A stretch of DNA of 64,000 nucleotides from IMG/VR virus record IMGVR_UViG_3300030419_003950, positions 3,346 through 67,345 of that record. One strand, written 5' to 3'. Position 1 is the stretch's first letter, and each line of letters begins with the position of its first letter. Below are positions 46,887 to 57,706 of the stretch, piece after piece. This DNA comes from a virus. Made by a program: the position numbers and the translations under genes. The notes beneath the pieces are model-generated. The model saw only the letters and a list, made by a program, of their open reading frames with translations. It was not told where the DNA came from and searched no databases.

Positions 46887-47379
46887 CTTTTAACTCCACA
46901 ATATCATTTTGTAATAATACACAATGTCCATCATATTCAACATCTATCTTAAATTCATTTCTCTCTACAGCTAACTTATCTATTTCAGAAGCCTCATCAA
47001 ATCCAAATCTTAATGTAAAAGTATTTTTTGGTAAATCAAACATAGGAACTGGTTCAGGCCATGGTTGTTGGTAAAAATCAAACACCTTAATAAAATTATT
47101 TTCTAATTCATTTTTAAGTGTTTTATATGTAGTTCTATTTGGTATATCATTATCATTACCAGCTTCAAACTTAGTTCTCATTACCAATAATACATTTTCA
47201 TATTCCTTATCTACAAGATAATCTACAAGTGGATTCATATCAATATTATTTAATTCATCATTAACATCAATTTCAAGTGTATTACCTCTTCTCCAAGAAA
47301 ACTTTACAACTACACCATAATCTTTTCTATCCCAATACTGATAACTTCTAAAATATTTTTTTATAGTTTCGATAGCCAT
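46876..47379 (-). CDS. Hypothetical protein
   Basis: Coupled ORF. Confidence 0.5.
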   Translation of the reverse strand: MAIETIKKYFRSYQYWDRKDYGVVVKFSWRRGNTLEIDVNDELNNIDMNPLVDYLVDKEYENVLLVMRTKFEAGNDNDIPNRTTYKTLKNELENNFIKVFDFYQQPWPEPVPMFDLPKNTFTLRFGFDEASEIDKLAVERNEFKIDVEYDGHCVLLQNDIVELKGES

Positions 47380-48299
47380 TCATCTACCTCTCTACGATAT
47401 AATTCATTAGACAATTTATTTTCTGATATACCACCTTTTAAATGTGTGCAAAAATCTATACTACCATATTGATATGTATGTAATCCTTTAGGTGTTTTAA
47501 AGTTTGGATTATCATAATAAGGTCCCAGATGTTTATATGGTAAATTTAATTCCAAACACTTTAAAGTTGCACCATGATTGGAATCACCATATTTCCAATC
47601 AACATCATAATCATCAAAGAAAGATTTTTTACACATAAAGAAATATGCATCAGAAAACCCAAACTCTGTTTTAACATATCCACCATCTTCTGGCGATATC
47701 TTTGGTGGTCTACCATGAAAATCATATTTTAATTCTCTTTCATAATCTTGTAGTTCTGGATACTTTAAATATGTAGATAACCAAACCTTTTTATTATCAA
47801 CTGATATGTAAGCATATTTATTTAAATCTTCAATTAACATATCAAAAAAATCATTATGATAATATAAATCATTATGTTGTAATACAATATATTCACCATC
47901 TGCAGATTGTATTCCTTGATGGAATGCTAATGAAGTCCACATAGTCATATTACCCATCATCTTCTGAACCATTCTACCATCTTGATGTGATTGTATGAGT
48001 CCACTTCTAAGAACATTAGATTCGTATAAATTTTGTAATCCCTTTATAACTCTTAAATATTTGTAATCATCTTGTTTTAAAAATTTATTAAATGTATTAC
48101 TATTATCTACAACTATAATCTCATAATCTTGTTTACAATTCTTTTCAATATTCAATAAAACTCTATTCGTTGAATCTGCAATCGAATAACTATCAGTTTG
48201 TATAAAATGATTATGTTCTTTCTCATCCAATAATAATTGTTCTTCCTTTTCTATTGTACAGAATGGTATTACAAAACTTATTTTAGGAAACTCATTCAT
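47361..48299 (-). CDS. GT-A fold glycosyltransferase (GT2-like)
   Basis: ISFVIP, EIIVVDNS and GEYIVLQHND motifs. Confidence 0.7.
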   Translation of the reverse strand: MNEFPKISFVIPFCTIEKEEQLLLDEKEHNHFIQTDSYSIADSTNRVLLNIEKNCKQDYEIIVVDNSNTFNKFLKQDDYKYLRVIKGLQNLYESNVLRSGLIQSHQDGRMVQKMMGNMTMWTSLAFHQGIQSADGEYIVLQHNDLYYHNDFFDMLIEDLNKYAYISVDNKKVWLSTYLKYPELQDYERELKYDFHGRPPKISPEDGGYVKTEFGFSDAYFFMCKKSFFDDYDVDWKYGDSNHGATLKCLELNLPYKHLGPYYDNPNFKTPKGLHTYQYGSIDFCTHLKGGISENKLSNELYRREVDEWLSKL

Positions 48300-49072
48300 A
48301 CTACTCTTCCTTCTTCAAATGTTAACTCCATATCTAACTTACCATCCATTTTATAAAATTTCCACTTACCATCCATTTCACCATCTTTCATATTACCTGA
48401 AGCTCTTTTTGTTCCAGTAACAAAACAATCTAAAAACTTACCATCTAAGTTACCATCTTTATAATTCTTCTCTTGTATTACTTGTGGTTTTCTACTTGGT
48501 CTATATTTGTGATATTGTCTATATCTACATTCATATATTATATTATCATCTTGATATTGTTTATAAGTTTCTTTTGAACCATCATGATGATATGTAAACC
48601 AATCACCATCTTTTGTTCCATTTCTAAAACTTTCTACACCTTGTAATCTACCATCAGTATAATAAAACTTTTGTTCACCATGTTTAAATCCACTTCTAAA
48701 ATTCTCATCTGTAATTATTACACCATGTTCATCATAATTTATTTTATTACCATGTGGTAAAGTTCCTTTCATTTCTTGTTCACATTGTATAGTTCCATCT
48801 TCATACTTCCAAGTATAATGTGAAATACCATCCATAACTTTTATATCTGGTGCCATCCACTTCTTATCAATCAATTGAGCCTTCTCTTGTGCTTTACAAT
48901 CCTTTACCATTTGTTTAGCCATCTTAGGATTATCTTGTTGCCATCTAACTAATCTCCCCCATTCTGGACTAAATGGAAATATAACTTTATTATCTTTTAA
49001 ATCCAAATATGCATTAGGATTAAATAACATTTTTTTATATCTTAAATCCATGCATCTTCTCCTGATATCCAT
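48296..49072 (-). CDS. MORN-variant repeat protein
   Basis: Repeated G.K.G....YY.DG units. Confidence 0.8.
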   Translation of the reverse strand: MDIRRRCMDLRYKKMLFNPNAYLDLKDNKVIFPFSPEWGRLVRWQQDNPKMAKQMVKDCKAQEKAQLIDKKWMAPDIKVMDGISHYTWKYEDGTIQCEQEMKGTLPHGNKINYDEHGVIITDENFRSGFKHGEQKFYYTDGRLQGVESFRNGTKDGDWFTYHHDGSKETYKQYQDDNIIYECRYRQYHKYRPSRKPQVIQEKNYKDGNLDGKFLDCFVTGTKRASGNMKDGEMDGKWKFYKMDGKLDMELTFEEGRVV

Positions 49073-49782
49073 TCATCAAATTGTGATGTTGTAGCTTCCC
49101 ACCACTCTTCACCTTTATGGTCTTTTTGTATTGTAGTGAAGTGTTGATGTTGTCGAGCACAATAAGGTAAATAATCTGCAATAGGAAAATGTTCTGTTTG
49201 TAAAAAAATATCCGTAGGAACAATCCCGCCCGCGGTAGCTTGTTCTATTAATTTCTTAGATACACTTGGTGTTACTATGTAACTATGTGCACCTATTATC
49301 CAGTTTCTTTCACATTGACAATACTCTGGTTTATCTATAACAGCATCTTCATAATGTGGTTTTGTACATTTACTTAAATCTCTAACTACAACACCATCTG
49401 AGAAATCATTATACCAATCACCCCAAAGTGGCTTACCAATATTTAATATACCATCATAATATACATCTTTATATTCATTCATAAAAATTGCATCGTGTTC
49501 TAATATCATAATTCGTTCATTGGTTCTAACTGATTCTTCCCATAAAGAAAAATGACTCATGAAACATCCAACTATACAATCAAGATAAGCATTTCTTTCC
49601 CATTTATTAGAGTTTCTTAATCTCAATCCTTTGTTATACATTTTTCTAAATGAACCATCACGATGCACACCTTCCCACAATTCAGGTTTTATATTACCAA
49701 ATTTTATAGCACTATCCATAACTTCTTTTGAAGATTGAACACTAACCTTTGATGATGGAAGATATATTATATAACTTTTCAA
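49042..49782 (-). CDS. Glycosyltransferase family 25-like
   Basis: GCFMSHFSLW, ILEHDA and GAHSYIVTP motifs. Confidence 0.8.
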   Translation of the reverse strand: MKSYIIYLPSSKVSVQSSKEVMDSAIKFGNIKPELWEGVHRDGSFRKMYNKGLRLRNSNKWERNAYLDCIVGCFMSHFSLWEESVRTNERIMILEHDAIFMNEYKDVYYDGILNIGKPLWGDWYNDFSDGVVVRDLSKCTKPHYEDAVIDKPEYCQCERNWIIGAHSYIVTPSVSKKLIEQATAGGIVPTDIFLQTEHFPIADYLPYCARQHQHFTTIQKDHKGEEWWEATTSQFDEWISGEDAWI

Positions 49783-50394
49783 CTATTTTGGTATCCCACT
49801 TAAAACCTTTTCTTTAAATTCCACAATTCCATCAGCAAGATTTGCTTCCCAATCTTCGTGAGCTTGTTCATCTGCACCATCAGTAATATACTTGAATGAT
49901 ACAAATGGAACTTTTCTTATATGACAAACCTTTGCTAATGCATATGCTTCCATATCAACAACTTCACCATAGTATTGTGTTCTATCTTCTACGAAAGAAT
50001 CACCACTACCACAAGTTGCTCTTCTCTTAATATTATTATATTCGGTAATACCAAAATCTAACATCAATGGTATATCATCTTCAAATGGTGTTTCACCTCT
50101 CATAAATCCAAGACCTGTTACATCCATATCTCTCTGAACAAACTTTGTACAATCAACCAATGTTTTCTTTTTAATTTTACGACTACCAGCAGTTCCATAA
50201 TTAATAACTAAATCATAAGGTATGTATGAACCATACTTACCAAAGTGTGTTGTTAATGCATATGTTGCATTCACTTTACCAACTCCTGTATAAAGAACTT
50301 CGTAATCTTCTAACTCACCTTGTGTTTCTACTTCAAGTGCACAAACGATTAATATCTTCTTATCTAATTCTGATGCCGTTCCATATTCACTCAT
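49783..50394 (-). CDS. mtnN: MTA/SAH nucleosidase
   Basis: GVGKVNA, NYGTAG, SGDSF, VDMEAYA and ITDGAD motifs. Confidence 0.82.
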   Translation of the reverse strand: MSEYGTASELDKKILIVCALEVETQGELEDYEVLYTGVGKVNATYALTTHFGKYGSYIPYDLVINYGTAGSRKIKKKTLVDCTKFVQRDMDVTGLGFMRGETPFEDDIPLMLDFGITEYNNIKRRATCGSGDSFVEDRTQYYGEVVDMEAYALAKVCHIRKVPFVSFKYITDGADEQAHEDWEANLADGIVEFKEKVLSGIPK

Positions 50395-50464
50395 AATCTT
50401 ATTTTCTCCTTAATTACTACATAGGTTAACCATATACCAAATAACCATAATAATACTAATTCCA

Positions 50465-51898
50465 TCATAATAATTTCCTCTTCAACTTGTGTTCTAATAT
50501 TTTATTTAATTCATCTATCGTACCTTGACCAAATCTTTCTCTCAAAAAATCAACATATTCTTTATCACGATATAAGTTATTAAAAGCATTATCTCTAAAC
50601 TTTAACACTTCTGCTGCTGATAAATATTCAGTAGGTGTAGGTTTACAATCAAAAGAATGTTGTGAGTATCCTGTATAAGAATCAGGTAAATCTTTTTCGT
50701 CAAATTGAGAATGTAATGCCGAACCTGGATATGCCATGGCTGAATACATACTTGTCCATTCACATTTTAATTCTTTAGCCATATCATAAGTTTCTTGCAT
50801 AGTTTCTAATGTATCATTTGGTAGTCCAAAAATAAAATTACCAACAACACTTATACCATGGTCTTGTATTTTCTTTACAATATCATTTATATCTACTTCA
50901 GTAAATTTTCCTTTTGTTACTTCTAATCTAACTTTTCTATTACCACTTTCTATTCCAAGTGCTAACCAATTTACTCCAGCCTTTTTTAATGTTTTTAAAT
51001 ATTCTTCTTTGACTGTATCTATTCGTGAGTAAGCCCATATATTAAAATCATAACCTCTCTCAATAATCAACTCACATATTTTTAGAAAATGTTTTTTATT
51101 CAAAACAAACATCTCATCAGCTATTTTAATATTCTTTATTCCCATTTTATGTAATACATCAAACTCTTCAATTATATGTTCAGGTGCCCAATATCTAAAT
51201 GTATGTTTTTCAAATGGTGCATTGATACAACAAAAACTACATCTATAAGGACAACCCAAACTTGTGTATATAGATGCAAATGGTTGTGTTATATTATTGT
51301 TTGTCATAGAGTGCCAATTAGCAGTTCTATATTTTTCCATATCTAAAAGTTCCCATGGCAATCTTGGAAATTCTTTTTCCAAAGAACCTTGTGGTATTAA
51401 TTGTGCAGTTGGATTACCAACAATATCATCACCATCTCTATACCACAATCCTGGAACATCTTTTAGTTTTACATCTTGTAATAAATTATGTATGGTGAAT
51501 GGTCCTTCACCCTTACAAACAAAAGTGCACTTCTCATCCTTCATTGTTTTTTCTGGTAGTGCTGATGGATATAAACCAAGTAACATAGTTATTATTTTAT
51601 TATCCAACACTTCTAATACATCATGAACACCTTGCATATTTTGTGTAGATGCTGATGGTTGTTGACCATAAACAACAAAACAATTAAGTTTAGCTTTTCT
51701 CTTTAATATTTCATCGGCAGTTTCTTCAGGAGTTAATCCATCTGCCTCAGCATCTAATATCTGAACCTCGTAATTATTCTTTTGTAAATTACCTGCTAAC
51801 ATTAAAGCCCATACTGGTGGTTCAATTTGAGATACTTTATTTAAAGATTGATAAATCTTTCCAGATGCATTTGTATGTATTAATAAAACATCAATCAT
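50465..51898 (-). CDS. Cobalamin-binding radical SAM enzyme
   Basis: N-terminal B12-binding-like domain; GCPYRCSFC; LGIESG. Confidence 0.88.
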   Translation of the reverse strand: MIDVLLIHTNASGKIYQSLNKVSQIEPPVWALMLAGNLQKNNYEVQILDAEADGLTPEETADEILKRKAKLNCFVVYGQQPSASTQNMQGVHDVLEVLDNKIITMLLGLYPSALPEKTMKDEKCTFVCKGEGPFTIHNLLQDVKLKDVPGLWYRDGDDIVGNPTAQLIPQGSLEKEFPRLPWELLDMEKYRTANWHSMTNNNITQPFASIYTSLGCPYRCSFCCINAPFEKHTFRYWAPEHIIEEFDVLHKMGIKNIKIADEMFVLNKKHFLKICELIIERGYDFNIWAYSRIDTVKEEYLKTLKKAGVNWLALGIESGNRKVRLEVTKGKFTEVDINDIVKKIQDHGISVVGNFIFGLPNDTLETMQETYDMAKELKCEWTSMYSAMAYPGSALHSQFDEKDLPDSYTGYSQHSFDCKPTPTEYLSAAEVLKFRDNAFNNLYRDKEYVDFLRERFGQGTIDELNKILEHKLKRKLL

Positions 51899-53201
51899 TA
51901 TATATCTCCACTATGTGTTTTGTCCAACATCTTAACCAATGATTATCACCATAACTTAAAAATAATTTTCTGTTATGTGCTAATATATCCTTTATACTAA
52001 TATACCACTCGTGAATTTCATCAAGTGGTTTTTCTTTTATCTTGAGTATCTCTTCAAATATTGCTTTTATTCTTTCACCATCATCTTCTATTTCATCATA
52101 ACTCTCATCAATAAATGGATGAAATGTTTTGAACCCATATGTTTTTAAGTGTTTTAAAAATCTATAACAAGATAAAACTATAAATGGTTGATATTGTAAT
52201 ACGGCATGAAAAACTTTATCAGTAACAAACAACTCATTTTTTAAGAACATAGTTTCAGTTGCAACATGAATATAAGAATCTATAAAACATTCTTTTTTAT
52301 AATGTCTACCACCTTCATAACCACCATCCCAATGTTCTTTACATTCTACATTTTGTGTATCAATTTCTATTGTTCCTATTTTATCATAAAAGTTACCAGA
52401 ATGTTTTAGTATCCCAGCATCATATTCTTTATCATTTGTTTTAATTAATCTTGATGCAAATGCTGATTTAACTAAATCTGTAAATAAAAAACTTGCATAA
52501 AAATCATCCCATAAATTTTTCCATTCTAAAAAAGAACCTAAAGTTATTCTATGGTCATACTGAACACCTTTATTCATTGTCATAAATCGTTTACTTCTTT
52601 TTCTATCTATCTCACTTAATTTTATAAATTCTGATTTATAACCCAAACCATTTTTGAATTTACCTTTAAAATCATTCTTTGAAATATCACCATTCTTAAC
52701 AAACATCTTCTCCATATAAAAAGCTTTTTCTGCTGATGAATATATTACAGCATCATTGAATTTAAAAATAAATCCATACTTCTTCAATTCTGGATAATTA
52801 GTAAGTGTATTTGTTTGTCCTAAGAAAAAAATAATATCAGAAGGTTTAATATTTTGTTTAAGAATAGTTTTATAAAATGTATCCCAAATTGTTTCGACAG
52901 TATCATTCTTACCTATACTATCTAATTTAAATTCATGACTATAGTTAATAAGAAATTTTAATTTACCTTTTTTATATAGATTCAAAACCTTATCAGAAAA
53001 TTTTACCGTCTGTAATCCATGCATCAAACCACCAGCAATTTCTATTGGATAAATATAATTTACATCTTGATTATCAACTTCATCTATATGACAATATCGA
53101 AACTGACCATCACGACATCCATGTCTTAATTCAGAATTATTAACACTAAATTGTCCATCACAATTTGGTTTTTCAAAATGTTCAAAAACAAAGTAAAACA
53201 T
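51891..53201 (-). CDS. Glycosyltransferase-like hypothetical protein
   Basis: C-terminal VATET..FVTDK..QPFIV..GFKTF..DESYD motif typical of viral glyco-cluster genes. Confidence 0.5.
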   Translation of the reverse strand: MFYFVFEHFEKPNCDGQFSVNNSELRHGCRDGQFRYCHIDEVDNQDVNYIYPIEIAGGLMHGLQTVKFSDKVLNLYKKGKLKFLINYSHEFKLDSIGKNDTVETIWDTFYKTILKQNIKPSDIIFFLGQTNTLTNYPELKKYGFIFKFNDAVIYSSAEKAFYMEKMFVKNGDISKNDFKGKFKNGLGYKSEFIKLSEIDRKRSKRFMTMNKGVQYDHRITLGSFLEWKNLWDDFYASFLFTDLVKSAFASRLIKTNDKEYDAGILKHSGNFYDKIGTIEIDTQNVECKEHWDGGYEGGRHYKKECFIDSYIHVATETMFLKNELFVTDKVFHAVLQYQPFIVLSCYRFLKHLKTYGFKTFHPFIDESYDEIEDDGERIKAIFEEILKIKEKPLDEIHEWYISIKDILAHNRKLFLSYGDNHWLRCWTKHIVEIYND

Positions 53202-53203
53202 TT

Positions 53204-53806
53204 CTACCCCTTTTTGACTGGAAAAATTCTCATACTTATTGCTGGAATATTATTTTCTCTACTCCAACATTTTAAGATATGTTCATTAATATATTTACTA
53301 ACACCATTGATGACGGTGTGTTCTTTTTCGTGTAGGTATGGATTAATTTCCATTGATGTAGGATAATTATTCGTTGAAAGATTAACACAACTATATCCAT
53401 CTGAATAAGCTTCGTGTTCTATTAAATGTATAATATTACCAGCAACAAAGTCTGGTTCAATTGAATCAGTTGGTTCAAAACCATATACTGCACAGGAAGA
53501 TGCATATAAAAATCTTTTTGTATTACGACTATATCTTAATAAATCAAATAACATTTTTGTATCTGTAGCCATAGTTTCTACATCTCTAATTCTTGGTATC
53601 TCCATTGGATTTCTCGTTACTGCAAGATGAACTACAACATCAGGATTATATTCTAAAAATTTACGAACAATATCAGATTCATTCTTTAAATCTGAATCAG
53701 GTGTTCTTTTGAACTCAAGAACATTCCACTCTGGTTTAAGTTCTCGTATTTTATTTTTTAGTGCCCAACCAATTTTTCCTGTTGAACCTGTTATTAAAAT
53801 GTCCAT
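53204..53806 (-). CDS. NAD-dependent epimerase/dehydratase (short)
   Basis: ITGSTGKIG, VVHLA, ASSCAVYG and GVSK motifs. Confidence 0.7.
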   Translation of the reverse strand: MDILITGSTGKIGWALKNKIRELKPEWNVLEFKRTPDSDLKNESDIVRKFLEYNPDVVVHLAVTRNPMEIPRIRDVETMATDTKMLFDLLRYSRNTKRFLYASSCAVYGFEPTDSIEPDFVAGNIIHLIEHEAYSDGYSCVNLSTNNYPTSMEINPYLHEKEHTVINGVSKYINEHILKCWSRENNIPAISMRIFPVKKG

Positions 53807-54354
53807 ACACCACTCCCTTTTAAGTGTAAAGAATCTTCTGTTTCAACTCCTGTTATCTGCATTGTATATTTTGTTTTTCTACCACCATTCATTGATAGAT
53901 GATATGTTCCATATTCCCAAGTATAACAATCACCTTGTTTCCAATTCGATACAACTTCATTATCTATTTGTAATATTTGTCCGATATCCCAATCTTCTAA
54001 AAATATAAGATATCTATAAATTTTTGTTTTATCTTCAATACCATACTTTGATACTAAATATGAATTAGTATCATAATGCCATGGATTAACTTGTCCAACT
54101 GGTTGTTTAAATAATGCAACTGCGGTATTATCTAATCCAGTTAATTTGGTTATGTCATAACATTCTTTTGGCACATCATCATATATTTGTGAAAATTTGG
54201 TATTCTCTTCTACATAACCCCAATCATAATATTTCTCTTTATTTTTATTTATTTCATCTTGACCTTCAAAATACTTTATTGCAGATTCTGAATCTGGATA
54301 TTTAACATTTAAAATGTTTTTATAATCACCACTAAATCTACCTACATACATCAC
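53794..54354 (-). CDS. Cupin / 2OG-Fe(II) oxygenase-like protein
   Basis: PWHYD...YHLSMN facial-triad pattern. Confidence 0.6.
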   Translation of the reverse strand: MMYVGRFSGDYKNILNVKYPDSESAIKYFEGQDEINKNKEKYYDWGYVEENTKFSQIYDDVPKECYDITKLTGLDNTAVALFKQPVGQVNPWHYDTNSYLVSKYGIEDKTKIYRYLIFLEDWDIGQILQIDNEVVSNWKQGDCYTWEYGTYHLSMNGGRKTKYTMQITGVETEDSLHLKGSGVWTF

Positions 54355-55340
54355 TTATCCCATTCAAAACCATTTCCATAAGCACCCCATTCAGATGTCT
54401 TATAATAAATAGGTTTCTTTAATTTTAAATATTCAATTATCTCATTTGGATAGACTGGATAATGACTTGGAATATCCCAAGTATTATCAATCTTATCAGG
54501 AGTATGAACAGTCATTTGTAATGGTTCTTTCTCACCGATTGCATAACTCAAATAAACATAACATTCTTTCAAACCTTTTCTTTTTAATTCTTCTACCGCA
54601 ATATGTCTTGCCATATAGGCTGCACTTCTATCAACCTTACTCGGGTCTTTCCCACTATAAGCCCCACCACCAATCGGCACTCTGGGACCATAATTATCTA
54701 CAACTAATTTTCTACCAGTCAATCCAGCATCTGCATCGAATCCACCTTGTTCCCAATTACCAGCAGGATTGGCATGTGTAATCATTAATCCATAATCCTC
54801 AGTCTTTAACCATTCACTAACTTCTTTATGTAGTGTAATTCTATCTGTATTCTGAAATGAAGTTACCACGAAAAGATTTCTATCACCTCGTGTGGTTACT
54901 TGAGTTTTGCCATCGTATGGAAATTTATTATACAGATGTCTACATAAACTTCTTGCTAATCTATATTCTTCAGGAACATATTCATCATTCTCATCACAAG
55001 CATAACCAACCATAATTCCTTGGTCTCCTGCACCACCAGTATCAACACCACGAGAAATCTCTGGTGATTGTTTAACTATATTAACTGATGTTGTGTGAGT
55101 TTCATCATATATTTCTGGCTCACCTAAAACCTCATCTACTAAATGTGGTATAGGTATTTCTTTATTTGTATTAATTGTAACTTCACCTGTAACATAGATT
55201 TGCCCGTGTCCACCCATAGTTTCTACGGCCACACGAGCATCTCTATCTTGTTCAAGACAGTAATCTAATATCCTATCGGAAATTCTATCACATATCTTAT
55301 CAGGATGTTTAGGTGAAACAAACTCTGCTGTTCTATACAC
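54351..55340 (-). CDS. metK: S-adenosylmethionine synthetase
   Basis: HPDKICD, GAGDQG, GLTGRK and GGGAYSGKDPSKVDRS motifs. Confidence 0.95.
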   Translation of the reverse strand: MYRTAEFVSPKHPDKICDRISDRILDYCLEQDRDARVAVETMGGHGQIYVTGEVTINTNKEIPIPHLVDEVLGEPEIYDETHTTSVNIVKQSPEISRGVDTGGAGDQGIMVGYACDENDEYVPEEYRLARSLCRHLYNKFPYDGKTQVTTRGDRNLFVVTSFQNTDRITLHKEVSEWLKTEDYGLMITHANPAGNWEQGGFDADAGLTGRKLVVDNYGPRVPIGGGAYSGKDPSKVDRSAAYMARHIAVEELKRKGLKECYVYLSYAIGEKEPLQMTVHTPDKIDNTWDIPSHYPVYPNEIIEYLKLKKPIYYKTSEWGAYGNGFEWDK

Positions 55341-55446
55341 CTACTCTCCTATCGGTTTCTTTCTGCATACACTAAATATAATATTCCTGCGAATGTTAAA
55401 AAGTGTATTGAATTGAATATAAATTCCATTATATAACTCCTTCCGT

Positions 55447-55629
55447 CTACTTCGTCGATGCTACTGATTCTTTACGATACTCAGTAACAAGTTTTTTAAT
55501 CTCCCCAATCGCTTTACGAGCTCTCGTTCCAGCTGCCTTATTACCTTTTTCGGTAAAGACTTCGTGGTTTACTTTGAACTCATCAAAGTGGTTAGAAATT
55601 TCTGTAAATAACTCATCTACTTTTGCCAT
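55447..55629 (-). CDS. Histone H1-like (Hc1-family) protein
   Basis: EKGNKAAGTRARKA motif. Confidence 0.75.
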   Translation of the reverse strand: MAKVDELFTEISNHFDEFKVNHEVFTEKGNKAAGTRARKAIGEIKKLVTEYRKESVASTK

Positions 55630-55642
55630 AACTCATTCTCCT

Positions 55643-56161
55643 TTATTCATATGTTATAACTGATTTAACTTTATCTTTATTCAAGAAACTAAGATTGATT
55701 AAATATAGTTCATCAACTACCTCGTATCCAGCTTCTTGACATAACTTTCTTGCTGCTTTTGCAGTTCCACCTGTGGCATATACATCATCCACAATAATAA
55801 CTTTAGGCCATTCACCTTCTGGTGCTGGTTTTAATTCTAAAGTATCTGTTCCATACTCTAATTCATAATCGTGGGAAATAACAGGTGGTGGAAGTTTACC
55901 TGCTTTTCTCAATGGTATAAAACCTAATCCCATTCTCTTTGCTAAATAAGCACCAAATATAAAACCTCTTGCTTCTATTCCAACTATATAAGTTACACCT
56001 ACACTTGATTCCAATAATCCTCTCATCAATAGTGTGGCATGATTTAATGCGTTACTATCTTTTAATAATGGTGTTATATCTTTAAAGGTAATACCTTCTT
56101 TAGGCCAATCTGGCACATCAATTATATAATCTTTCAAATTCATTTTATTCTCCGATGACAT
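55643..56161 (-). CDS. apt: Adenine phosphoribosyltransferase
   Basis: PDWPKEGITFKDITPLL, EARGF, LEYG and VDDVYATGGT motifs. Confidence 0.93.
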   Translation of the reverse strand: MSSENKMNLKDYIIDVPDWPKEGITFKDITPLLKDSNALNHATLLMRGLLESSVGVTYIVGIEARGFIFGAYLAKRMGLGFIPLRKAGKLPPPVISHDYELEYGTDTLELKPAPEGEWPKVIIVDDVYATGGTAKAARKLCQEAGYEVVDELYLINLSFLNKDKVKSVITYE

Positions 56162-56504
56162 TTGTTACCTGTATTAATATAATTGATAATGCTAACAAAA
56201 GACAAATCATTGTCTTCAATGTAGGAATCTCTCGTAGGAATAAATAGGACATAATACCAAAAATAATAGTTCCAACACCAAACCCTATCAATCGAATATT
56301 CCATGTGAATCCAAAGTGTTCATAACTTAATCTTGTTGCATGAAAAAATAACCAACCAATTGGTATTCCGAATAATGCCATCCAATTAGCATTACTCCAA
56401 AACCAATGTCCTTTTAATGTTTCGGTGAATTGAGCATTCAACTGCCACCAAGCCATTATATTACTTATAACCAAAATGGCCATCGCCATCATTAATTTTG
56501 TCAT
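56145..56504 (-). CDS. Four-TM small membrane protein (DMT-like)
   Basis: Hydrophobicity pattern; LREIP loop. Confidence 0.5.
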   Translation of the reverse strand: MTKLMMAMAILVISNIMAWWQLNAQFTETLKGHWFWSNANWMALFGIPIGWLFFHATRLSYEHFGFTWNIRLIGFGVGTIIFGIMSYLFLREIPTLKTMICLLLALSIILIQVTNVIGE

Positions 56505-56732
56505 CTAATACTCTTCTCCGTAAAGTGAATATTTCTTAATCGTTGGTGGTTTCTCTTTTCCATCCTCAAGATGAACTTCACCTTTCTGTGCATCGATATA
56601 AAACTCTGTCATACCTGTTTCCATAAATATCTGATTCAAACATTCAGTTAGTGATGAATGTATTATATCCTCACCATCCACGATTGCCCACCTATCACCA
56701 GGTGGAACTCTTGTTGCTTTAAGTTCTTTCAT
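56505..56732 (-). CDS. Hypothetical protein
   Basis: Coupled ORF. Confidence 0.55.
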   Translation of the reverse strand: MKELKATRVPPGDRWAIVDGEDIIHSSLTECLNQIFMETGMTEFYIDAQKGEVHLEDGKEKPPTIKKYSLYGEEY

Positions 56733-56959
56733 TACATTATCTCCTTTAACTCACATTGTAAATGATTTGTTCCTGTTCCAATATAATCATAATCAACTTC
56801 ATGTGTATGTTCACCACATAATTCACAAGTCCAGAAATCAAGATATTCTTTATCTAACTTTTCTTCTGCTTGTTGTTCAAAATACAACTCACGAATCTTC
56901 TTACCTAACTCCATATCATTAGGTGTATCCTTAACTATTTGTGTTAATGTATTATCCAT
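56732..56959 (-). CDS. Hypothetical protein with Cys/His motif
   Basis: TPNDMELGKKIR; CELC...HLQC. Confidence 0.55.
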   Translation of the reverse strand: MDNTLTQIVKDTPNDMELGKKIRELYFEQQAEEKLDKEYLDFWTCELCGEHTHEVDYDYIGTGTNHLQCELKEIM

Positions 56960-57206
56960 TTTCCATTTCCGTCAACAACTCTCGTGGTGTCTTTTTATCA
57001 CTTTCAAAATATTTTTCAATAACATCCAATAGGTCATCATACTTAGACATTTCATCTAATTCCTTTTCTATGGTATCCATGATATCACCATGTTCAGCCA
57101 CTCCCTGTGGATTTCTCAAGAGATTTTCAACATTCATACGATGTTTCTCGACATGAGCTTGGAAGTGTATCTTACTCGCCTTAATTAAATCATCTCTCAT
57201 TGCCAT
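56952..57206 (-). CDS. Hypothetical phage protein
   Basis: NPQGVAEH motif; coupled ORF. Confidence 0.6.
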   Translation of the reverse strand: MAMRDDLIKASKIHFQAHVEKHRMNVENLLRNPQGVAEHGDIMDTIEKELDEMSKYDDLLDVIEKYFESDKKTPRELLTEMENG

Positions 57207-57706
57207 TTTTTTACTCCTTTGTATTTAACTTTACTATATTCCTGTCTTTTTGTTTTTGCTCGGATATGGTGTTCTTGATTAGTTTTTTTCTTATGACACT
57301 TTTTACATAATGTCTGTAAGTTATCTAAACTATAATAACTCCAATCCAAATCTTCTGCCTTAACACCTTTCTGTTCCCATAAAGGTCTTATATGGTCTAC
57401 ATCCCATTTACCAGTATTTGTTCCACAATGATTACATTGTCCTTTATCTCTCTTTCTCAAATGAGCTCGTTGCTCTTTTGAATGATAAATAATCATATAT
57501 TCTGTGGCACAATCTTGGTGCCAACTCTTTCTTTCGTTAATGGTGCCATCCTCATTTATAATCATCAACCCACACCATCTACATTGTCCTTTTACTTTCG
57601 TATAATAACTATCTGGTTTTGGTGGTTTCCTAAAATTACCATCCCATTCTTCTTTCTCTTTACCAAATGTTCTTTCGTGTCTTCTACCAAATCTACTTAG
57701 GGGCAT
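57197..57706 (-). CDS. HNH endonuclease
   Basis: CNHC, VDHIRP and NLQTLCKKCH motifs. Confidence 0.88.
   Translation of the reverse strand: MPLSRFGRRHERTFGKEKEEWDGNFRKPPKPDSYYTKVKGQCRWCGLMIINEDGTINERKSWHQDCATEYMIIYHSKEQRAHLRKRDKGQCNHCGTNTGKWDVDHIRPLWEQKGVKAEDLDWSYYSLDNLQTLCKKCHKKKTNQEHHIRAKTKRQEYSKVKYKGVKKWQ

Noticed and set aside
48296-49072. Toxin-antitoxin system suggested by YwqK-like MORN repeats
   Set aside because: No adjacent toxin; the repeat alone is non-specific
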